Shown: one piece after another, positions 19,077 through 25,769 of the stretch
How positions within the stretch are numbered: position 1 is the stretch's first letter
Layout: every line of letters starts with the position of its first letter
NCBI GenBank assembly: GCA_964637115.1
Contig: CAZWVL010000002.1
Coordinates: forward strand, 64,001-128,000
From: an uncultured Methanosarcinales archaeon
GTDB taxonomy: Archaea > Nanobdellota > Nanobdellia > Woesearchaeales > ARS49
Direction: 5' to 3'
Length of the DNA stretch: 64,000 bases
Position numbers and translations under genes: made by a program
The notes under the pieces: model-generated
Seen by the model: only the letters and a program-made list of their open reading frames with translations
Database searches by the model: none
Told to the model about the DNA's origin: nothing

Positions 19077-19103
19077 AAATCAATTAATATTTCCATCGAT
19101 GGC

Positions 19104-19111
19104 TTTATAAA
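19104..19111 (+). promoter_or_regulatory. TATA box of tRNA-Arg
   Basis: TTTATAAA ends 25 nt before the tRNA 5' end. Confidence 0.6.
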
Positions 19112-19135
19112 CCGTTTACTTCTCGACAATATTGT

Positions 19136-19209
19136 GCCCGCGTAGGCTAGCTTGGATAGACTGGAGGGTTGCGGTCCCTTCGACCTGGGTTCAAATCCCA
19201 GCGCGGGCG
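19136..19209 (+). tRNA. tRNA-Arg(GCG)
   Basis: Acceptor GCCCGCG/CGCGGGC, anticodon arm GAGGG-TT-GCG-GT-CCCTT, T-loop GGTTCAAATCC. Confidence 0.95.
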
Positions 19210-19304
19210 TAAATTCCCTTTTTGGGATTTGAACATCTGGAAGACTTCGTCTTCCAGCCCCTTCGTTTTCTGCGCAAACTTCAGGGAATCCCAGCGCGGG
19301 CGTA
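19194..19304 (+). repeat. 18-bp direct repeat of the tRNA-Arg 3' end (att-like) enclosing a 75-bp palindromic insert
   Basis: AATCCCAGCGCGGGCGTA occurs at 19194-19211 and 19287-19304. An inner perfect hairpin CTGGAAGAC-TTC-GTCTTCCAG lies at 19237-19257. Confidence 0.85.
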
Positions 19305-20330
19305 TTATTTTTTTCGTGCAATCAATTCCTCATAAATGCCTGGCGTAAATTGCCTCCAATAATGAACTTTGTCTTGAACAAATAAGTCGTAATAAACGAT
19401 ATAACTCTCAATTTCTGACTTAAATAATTCTATGCTTGAATTAAGCTCTTGCGGGTTTCTGGCATTCAGATAAAGAATCATGTCATAATCGCCGATCATT
19501 TTTCCTGCATAGAAAATATTTTGTAATTTGCTAAACGGTTTTTTCAGGATCTCAAGCGGTGTATCCTGCTCAACTCTTACAAGTAAATAATAAGTAATAA
19601 AGCCCTGCTTTGAATGATTAGGTATTCCACCAAAATTTAAGATTATTTTATTCTGAATAAGGCTGATTATTCTCTTTTTGACGGTATTTCTGTCAATTTT
19701 CAATTTTCTGCCAATGTCAATCAGTGATTCTTGGGGATTATCTGCTAAAAGCCTGAGAATTTCTATCTCTGCTTTTGTAGGCTCGTACTTCTCAAAGTCA
19801 GGATCAACGGGAAAATTTCTAGTTGCCAATACGCCGCTAAAAGAATGGTCCAGTTTCTTCTGAAATCTCGTCTTTAAGTCAAGCACAGGACTTAGTTGTG
19901 TAAATTCAAGATCTGAAAGATGGGTTAATATGAAATATTCTTTTATTTTGTTTTTACAGATTTTAAACAAGTCCTCTCTGATTTTGTTCAGATGGAATCC
20001 GTCTATTGCGTCAACAATGATCTGTAAATCATATCTTCCGATAAAAGAATTAATCCACATCACAAATTTATGTCTAGACAGATCATCATACAACTTCTGT
20101 TTGTCTTTAATACCTGCTTTAAACTTAATGAGAATGTGATAGCGCGTAAACCCCAATCTTCTGGCATCAACAAACAGGACGTATTGTTTGATAAACTCTG
20201 ATTTTTCCAAGTGCTTGATTTTATAGGAAATTGTGTCTTTTGAAACTTTGAGAGCCTGCGCTATCGTTGTATGTGAAACTCTGCAATTTTGAGCAAATAT
20301 CTCCATAATCTGCAGATCCTTTTTGTCCAT
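19305..20330 (-). CDS. Tandem (double) Lrp/AsnC family transcriptional regulator
   Basis: Two HTH+RAM units: MDKKDLQIMEIFAQNCRVSHTTIAQALKVSKDTISYKIKHLEK...GRYDL and EIEILRLLADNPQESLIDIGRKLKIDRNTVKKRI...GDYDM. Confidence 0.9.
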   Translation of the reverse strand: MDKKDLQIMEIFAQNCRVSHTTIAQALKVSKDTISYKIKHLEKSEFIKQYVLFVDARRLGFTRYHILIKFKAGIKDKQKLYDDLSRHKFVMWINSFIGRYDLQIIVDAIDGFHLNKIREDLFKICKNKIKEYFILTHLSDLEFTQLSPVLDLKTRFQKKLDHSFSGVLATRNFPVDPDFEKYEPTKAEIEILRLLADNPQESLIDIGRKLKIDRNTVKKRIISLIQNKIILNFGGIPNHSKQGFITYYLLVRVEQDTPLEILKKPFSKLQNIFYAGKMIGDYDMILYLNARNPQELNSSIELFKSEIESYIVYYDLFVQDKVHYWRQFTPGIYEELIARKK

Positions 20331-20439
20331 TTTTCAGAATAATGCTGTATTTCTATATAAATATTACACATTTTTCTTAAAAATGAATAGCAGATTTATT
20401 ATATTGTTTTATTCGTATTCTTTACTAGTGGGTGGTGAA

Positions 20440-21108
20440 ATGAATATTGAACAAAATCTAACCGGAACTGCAGTCAAGAACGGTTATGAAATTCTCCAAG
20501 ACAGAGGACTGGCAGTCGTTGGTATGAGTATCGGGAATAGTTATTTCAAAAAAGACCGAATAGATGCTTTACTCAAATATTGCACAAGAGTATTTTCTCA
20601 AGTTAGAATCCTGATTGCTGATAAGCCAATGGAACATACCTACAGAGCAATGGGTTATTCTTCTGCAAATGCAGGAACAAAAGCAAGATTAAAGGGAAAT
20701 GCATTGCAGAATCATAGTCAAAGAAGTATTGATGTGATTTTGGGAGGAGATATCAGATTAATTCAGTGGGAAAATGATATTCATCCCCGTGAAGCATATC
20801 AAAGAGAACTGCGAAGATTTGAAGAATTATATGGTGATGCTGATGGTTTTAAACAAGAAATAAGAGACACCACAAGAACAGTTTTGGATGGAAAACTAAA
20901 GCAGGGAGTAAAAATTGAGAGCGCTATTGATGAGGGAATTCATTATTTGTTAAAAGAGCTGGCATTTGTGTCCGCAAGTCCTGAAATACTTGGAACTCAA
21001 AAGGTGGCATATGTTTATCATACTCGGTGGAAAATATATGAAGATTTCGTTGACGGAAAATTTGACGGCCAAAAGAGAAGAGACTTGGGTTTTGTAGTTA
21101 TTAAATAG
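20440..21108 (+). CDS. tRNA-dependent cyclodipeptide synthase (CDPS), NYH subfamily
   Basis: Start revised to MNIEQ, with the SD GGTGGTG upstream; 222 aa. Motifs GMSIGNSYF (S30, N33), HYLLKEL (Y169, E173) and YVYH (Y193, H194) have the spacing of AlbC S37/N40/Y178/E182/Y202/H203. Confidence 0.88.
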   Translation: MNIEQNLTGTAVKNGYEILQDRGLAVVGMSIGNSYFKKDRIDALLKYCTRVFSQVRILIADKPMEHTYRAMGYSSANAGTKARLKGNALQNHSQRSIDVILGGDIRLIQWENDIHPREAYQRELRRFEELYGDADGFKQEIRDTTRTVLDGKLKQGVKIESAIDEGIHYLLKELAFVSASPEILGTQKVAYVYHTRWKIYEDFVDGKFDGQKRRDLGFVVIK

Positions 21109-21257
21109 AATTCCTTTGACATGGATCTAACGTCCAGATTAACCCTTCACAATCCATATTAAAAGCGCTTTCTTTGGAGATATCAATACCGACCATTTAC
21201 GAAGGAGGTGATTACCCAAAATAAAAACAAACGGAGGTGGTTAATGCCAACATTCTT

Positions 21258-21288
21258 CTGGTGGGCAGATGCCCACCGGAGCTTTTTT
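21258..21288 (+). terminator. Hairpin with U-tract
   Basis: CTGGTGGGC-AGAT-GCCCACCGG is followed by AGCTTTTTT. Confidence 0.6.
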
Positions 21289-21391
21289 ATAATTGCTCTT
21301 TTCCACAAATTCCTGAAGACAAAACATTCTTTATCACTCTTCAGTAGTTAAAATGGAAAGCTTTATAAATGGTGGAAAGAGAAGCAAAACT

Positions 21392-22582
21392 ATGGCGTCA
21401 GAACCAAATGAACAGAAAATAGTCATCACGCTCGACCAGTTACTTCTTAACGTAAGAGAGAGGATAGGAGAACTAAAGGACGGGCTAATTTGCGCGATTT
21501 TAGAAAAAGTATCACAGGGTATCACTGATTTTAAAGGGAAAGAAGCATTTTTGGTGAAGGAATACTTTCCTGCAGGCTATCTGCTGAACTCGGCAAACTA
21601 CTTTAGTGAAACTCTTGAAGATGTCAAACGTGATCCGCTGATAGAGGGACATGGTAATTCTGAACTTAGAGGAAGAATAATGAGTCAGATTGATGAAATG
21701 AAAAATGACGCTTCTAAGATTTTAAAAGATATGACTTGCACTGGTCTGGTTGATTTGAGTGCGAAATCCAGACGCCTCTATAAGGAAATGCTTCCAATAG
21801 TTGAGGAGAGCAGACAGATAGATCACAGAACAGGCCTCAAGATTTCTGACTCCCTCACGAACATATTATTCGCAAGTTTCAAGGATTACATTTCACAGCC
21901 TAACAAACACGTTTCAATAGTATATCTTGATATGAACAACTTCAAGCTTTACAACGACATTGCCAAATCAGAACAAGCAGACGTTGCCATTCAGCAGACA
22001 GCAGGACTCCTCAAGCAACTGCCGGAGGACGTTGTTGTAACAAGAAAAAATGACAAGAGAGGAGACGAATTCGTGTTGTTCATGCATAAAGATTATGACG
22101 GGGCAAGCAGAATAATGCATAAAATGTTTATCCCTCAGTTTGATGAAAAACTTCCAGCCATGATTAGGACAGCAATGGAAAAAAGCGCGCAAAAATACGA
22201 AGATAATTTTGACAAACTGGGAGGAAAATTAACATTCGCGATAGGAATAAGTTCAACTTTGCTGCAAGACGATATGACAATATTTGCAAGAGCAAAAAAA
22301 AGATTCGGGCAATCAAATGAAGAACTTTCGAGAGGTCTCGACAACTTTACTGCGTGCAGTCCAGCAGATTGGCATGATAAATACGATGGCCTGAGCCCCG
22401 GAGTTAGAAAAGATATAATTACGGTACTTAAAGGAACATTGCAAGCCGAAGCAGAAGCCGCAGCACACTGGGCAAAAAACCTGTCAAAAGACCGGCATAA
22501 CAAGGAATTTTATGAAAAAACAGTTCTGCGGGTATATGATCCAAAAGTTTTAGAATCAACTTATACTTATATTGGGCGCTGA
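21392..22582 (+). CDS. GGDEF-domain (diguanylate-cyclase-like) protein, variant RGDEF
   Basis: Start revised to MASEP, 23 nt after TTTATAAA at 21362-21369. Motifs DHRTGL, LDMNNFKLYND, AD, RGDEFVL, LTFAIGIS and AEAAAHWAK appear in GGDEF order. Confidence 0.75.
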   Translation: MASEPNEQKIVITLDQLLLNVRERIGELKDGLICAILEKVSQGITDFKGKEAFLVKEYFPAGYLLNSANYFSETLEDVKRDPLIEGHGNSELRGRIMSQIDEMKNDASKILKDMTCTGLVDLSAKSRRLYKEMLPIVEESRQIDHRTGLKISDSLTNILFASFKDYISQPNKHVSIVYLDMNNFKLYNDIAKSEQADVAIQQTAGLLKQLPEDVVVTRKNDKRGDEFVLFMHKDYDGASRIMHKMFIPQFDEKLPAMIRTAMEKSAQKYEDNFDKLGGKLTFAIGISSTLLQDDMTIFARAKKRFGQSNEELSRGLDNFTACSPADWHDKYDGLSPGVRKDIITVLKGTLQAEAEAAAHWAKNLSKDRHNKEFYEKTVLRVYDPKVLESTYTYIGR

Positions 22583-22998
22583 ACTTTCTTTCGAAGATCT
22601 ACGTGTTTTGTCTCTTCAGCTTCCATTGTAATCCGAATTCCTGCTATTGAATTATCGTGATCGATAACATACGTGTTGCCGTCAGAATGCTTGAAAACAG
22701 GATCTTTGAATTGTCCAAGCAAACTTGCCGCTTTTTCTCCAGCCGGCTTCCTTAAATCAAGCGTAAGACAATGATAAGAAATCCCATCCTTATCAATGAT
22801 GCCAGCACCAATCAGCTGGCCGCTGGTAACGTCCAGCGCACGATTCTGAACATAAACTTCTGGATGAGGGGCATATTGGGAGCCTGCAAAATCCTCTTTT
22901 AATCTTTTGAGAGCAATCAGAATATGAAAGTGGTCTTGCAGGCGTTCGGCTTCGTCCAATGTTGCCGTTATCTCATCAACCAAATCACGCTCTGGCAT
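22567..22998 (-). CDS. Hypothetical protein
   Basis: 143-aa ORF with a TATA-like TTTAAA upstream on the minus strand. Confidence 0.6.
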   Translation of the reverse strand: MPERDLVDEITATLDEAERLQDHFHILIALKRLKEDFAGSQYAPHPEVYVQNRALDVTSGQLIGAGIIDKDGISYHCLTLDLRKPAGEKAASLLGQFKDPVFKHSDGNTYVIDHDNSIAGIRITMEAEETKHVDLRKKVQRPI

Positions 22999-23024
22999 AT
23001 GTTATCACTAGGTAGTTGTTCTAT

Positions 23025-24491
23025 TTAAAGGTTTCCTTCACCGACCTGATTTTTTACAGATTTTGCAACTGCTGCGCCAAGAATTTCAGACAATTTTTCC
23101 ATTGGAACCTTTCTGATGTCGCCCAAATCCTTGATTCCAGAACGAAACAGTTTTCTTGCACGGACACGGCCAATCCCTTCCAAACGGATTAATGGCAAGA
23201 GTTCCTCTTTCACCCCATATTTCAAGCGCAAGCGCACTTTAGTAATCTCAGAGAGCAACTTTTGATACTGCATCAAACGGGCAAGCTCATTGCAGGCATA
23301 CAACAGCCAGTCAGCATTGTCAATCTTTGCCCTTGTTTCACCAGGCCTGCTGTCATATCTTTCCAGAACCCATTCTTCATCCTTTTCATCAATCCAATCT
23401 TCCAGCATCAACGCAGTTTTAACGCTGTCAAGCCAATCTTCATACTCAGGTTCAAACATACTGGGCTCGTGCTCAAGAAGATAAGGCTCAAGCAACGCAT
23501 ACTTTTGCGTAACATCATCATATTCTTTCTGCCTAACTCGCAGCAAAGGACGCATTTCGAGTGTATTAGAGACTGCGTGCAAGAAAGAAATAGATTTCAA
23601 AGTAATATGAGTTGCGCGTTCCAAGCGGTTCAGCAAGTTGAAAGCAGTTAGAGGGTCGAGATAAAGCTCTGCAACTCTTTTTCCAAGCATGGTTGCCCTG
23701 TAGCCTTCCTGCACTTCCTGCAAGAATCCCCATTCAACAAGGAGTTTCAAAGTTCTGTCAATAATGCGCTCCATTCTGGCCAAATCTTTGTACTGGTATG
23801 CCCAGAAAGTCTTGCTGAAAAAATCAAGAATAGACTCATTCGAGGAAATAATGCGGGAAGAAATTAATGACAACAAGTATGTTCGCAAGACGGGCTCGAC
23901 TGCCAACTTGCTGTAAATATCTTCTGGAATTCCCTTTAGATAATGCTCAGTGATGTATTCCTTATCTGTTTCTGTCTGTGCGAGCACAATTGTTTCACCA
24001 AAAGTATCATATTTCGGCCTGCCAGCCCTACCGGCCATCTGAAGAAATTCCAATACAGGAATATGCGCCATGCCATGCATGCCGAATCTTTTTACATCGC
24101 GGATAATTGAACGGAAGGCAGGCAAGTCAACTCCTGCTGCTAAAGTTGGCGTACAGCAGATAATTTTGATAAGTCCAGAACGGAAAGCATCCTCAATAAG
24201 TTCCTTCTGCTTTGAATGCAAGCCGGCATGATGAAAAGCAATGCCGTGCTTTGCACACAACGCCAAACGCTCGCACTGCTTTGTTGGTTTTGAGAGAACG
24301 GTGAGCACGGATTCGGATAATTTGTCAAGCTCGGCACTCTTCAAAGGTGCCTTCTTGCCAATGTCTTCAGCCACTTTTTCAGCAGAACGCTTGGCGTTCA
24401 CAAACAGCAATGCCTGCTTCTTGATTTCAATGGTGTCAAGAGCAAGATTAATGACAGGATCAGAGGTTTTTTCGAGGATTTTCATGTTCAT
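23025..24491 (-). CDS. hel308: Hel308/Ski2-like helicase, C-terminal half only (no RecA1 domain)
   Basis: LLFVNAKRSAE, GIAFHHAGL, CTPTLAAGVDLPA, QMAGRAGRPKYD and the HhH LEGIGRVRARKLF are present. Walker A and DExH are absent, and an in-frame TAA lies 11 codons upstream of the ATG. Confidence 0.85.
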   Translation of the reverse strand: MNMKILEKTSDPVINLALDTIEIKKQALLFVNAKRSAEKVAEDIGKKAPLKSAELDKLSESVLTVLSKPTKQCERLALCAKHGIAFHHAGLHSKQKELIEDAFRSGLIKIICCTPTLAAGVDLPAFRSIIRDVKRFGMHGMAHIPVLEFLQMAGRAGRPKYDTFGETIVLAQTETDKEYITEHYLKGIPEDIYSKLAVEPVLRTYLLSLISSRIISSNESILDFFSKTFWAYQYKDLARMERIIDRTLKLLVEWGFLQEVQEGYRATMLGKRVAELYLDPLTAFNLLNRLERATHITLKSISFLHAVSNTLEMRPLLRVRQKEYDDVTQKYALLEPYLLEHEPSMFEPEYEDWLDSVKTALMLEDWIDEKDEEWVLERYDSRPGETRAKIDNADWLLYACNELARLMQYQKLLSEITKVRLRLKYGVKEELLPLIRLEGIGRVRARKLFRSGIKDLGDIRKVPMEKLSEILGAAVAKSVKNQVGEGNL

Positions 24492-24562
24492 AGCAACGCC
24501 TTCAGCAGTTCTTAATATTTACCATAATGTTTAAAAAGCGTTCTTCTCCCACGAACAGATAC

Positions 24563-24636
24563 GAGCCCGTAGCTTAGCCTGGTGGAGCACTCGACTGATA
24601 ATCGAGAGGTCCGGAGTTCGAATCTCCGCGGGCTCA
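24563..24636 (+). tRNA. tRNA-Ile(GAT)
   Basis: Acceptor GAGCCCG/CGGGCTC, anticodon arm CTCGA-CT-GAT-AA-TCGAG, T-loop AGTTCGAATCT. Confidence 0.95.
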
Positions 24637-24698
24637 TTATTTCTTTTTGCCGCAACGCTTTTAAAGGGCTACCTTTTTATAGACGACAGGTGGGTGAT

Positions 24699-25769
24699 GT
24701 GGCATTTACAGAGATAGCACACGCGTATGACCAAAGCGTCATTGACCGATTTAATGTAGCATTCTCTAGATACTTCAAGCGCACGCTTGACAGGGGCAAG
24801 CCAGATGTTCAAGGACTTGAACACCTTCTAACTATTCCCAAAGACGCTTCAGCTGTTTTAGTATCAATCCACAAAAGCCACCTTGACTATGTAGTGATTC
24901 CTTGGGTGCTCCAGAACAATTTTCTTCCGCCAAGACTCAATGGACCCAGACCTCTTGCAATAGCGGCAGGCGATAATTTGTGCAAGCGCATTGCAAAATG
25001 GGATTTTGGCAAGATCTTGCGCAAGTGCGGAGCATACAAAATAATCAGGAATCCCGAGCCCGGCAAAATCATTGAAACCACAGGAACACTGCTAAAATAC
25101 ACAGGCGAGCTCATGGTGGCAGGAGACTGGTTACTGAATTTCCCAGAACGAAGCAGGTCATACACAGGCGAAATACTTCCTTTTGATCCGGCCGCCATAG
25201 GCATACTCCAAAAGTCAGAAAGACGAGCAGGCAGGCCGGTTGTGTACGTGCCTGTCGCAGTCTCGTACGAACGCGTGCCCGAAGACAGATGGTTCCCAAC
25301 ATTTGCCAAATATAAGTCAAGCGCTTCGCTCATTGGAAAACTCATTTATTATATGCTTGATTGGCCGTTAATTTTGGCGCAGCCGTCTTTAGGAATATGG
25401 AACAAGCCGATAGGGCAAATATCAGTGCGCTTTGGACAACCAATTACCAGCTCAGGAGACAAGGAAACATTTGCCAAGAAACTGGAAGATGAATGCAAAT
25501 CATTGGTAACTGCGTTTTCCACAAACATACTCTGCGCTGCTTTGCTTAAAGGTGGTCCCTTTGAATTAGCTGACAACCTTTTGGAAATTTATGGCGCGCT
25601 AGAAAAGCGCGGAGTTTTGGCAGAAAATATGGGGTTTAGAGAAGCAATCGACCGAGGCTTTCGCTTCCTTGACGCCCCATTCAGAAGATTTTTCAACCAC
25701 GCATTCAGCTTCAGAAAAGACATAGCGGAGTATTATCGGAACTGCATTGCGCATTATTTAAAACCCTAA
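24699..25769 (+). CDS. Glycerolipid acyltransferase, PlsB/PlsC (LPLAT) superfamily
   Basis: Start revised to the GTG after the tRNA. Block I HKSHLDY (HxxxxD), AAGDNL, GAYKIIR, block III FPERSRSYTG and block IV VPVAVSYERVPE. Confidence 0.82.
   Translation: MAFTEIAHAYDQSVIDRFNVAFSRYFKRTLDRGKPDVQGLEHLLTIPKDASAVLVSIHKSHLDYVVIPWVLQNNFLPPRLNGPRPLAIAAGDNLCKRIAKWDFGKILRKCGAYKIIRNPEPGKIIETTGTLLKYTGELMVAGDWLLNFPERSRSYTGEILPFDPAAIGILQKSERRAGRPVVYVPVAVSYERVPEDRWFPTFAKYKSSASLIGKLIYYMLDWPLILAQPSLGIWNKPIGQISVRFGQPITSSGDKETFAKKLEDECKSLVTAFSTNILCAALLKGGPFELADNLLEIYGALEKRGVLAENMGFREAIDRGFRFLDAPFRRFFNHAFSFRKDIAEYYRNCIAHYLKP

Noticed and set aside
18992-19321. 109-aa minus-strand ORF spanning tRNA-Arg
   Set aside because: It is antisense to the tRNA and the repeat scar, with no coding features.
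24492-24562. Frameshift or stop read-through restoring full-length Hel308
   Set aside because: Only 71 bp precede the tRNA, far too little for the missing domain, and the upstream codons show no helicase motif.
19210-24562. Intact provirus or integrative element between tRNA-Arg and tRNA-Ile
   Set aside because: There is no integrase, replication or structural gene, and the only att-like copy I found lies 75 bp from the tRNA rather than at the far end.
24582-24698. ORF-track N-terminal extensions that run through tRNAs or promoters (also 10726-10776, 17226-17315, 20323-20439, 35097-35135, 37789-37890)
   Set aside because: They overlap tRNA genes or TATA boxes. Downstream starts with SD or TATA support and family-typical N-termini fit better.
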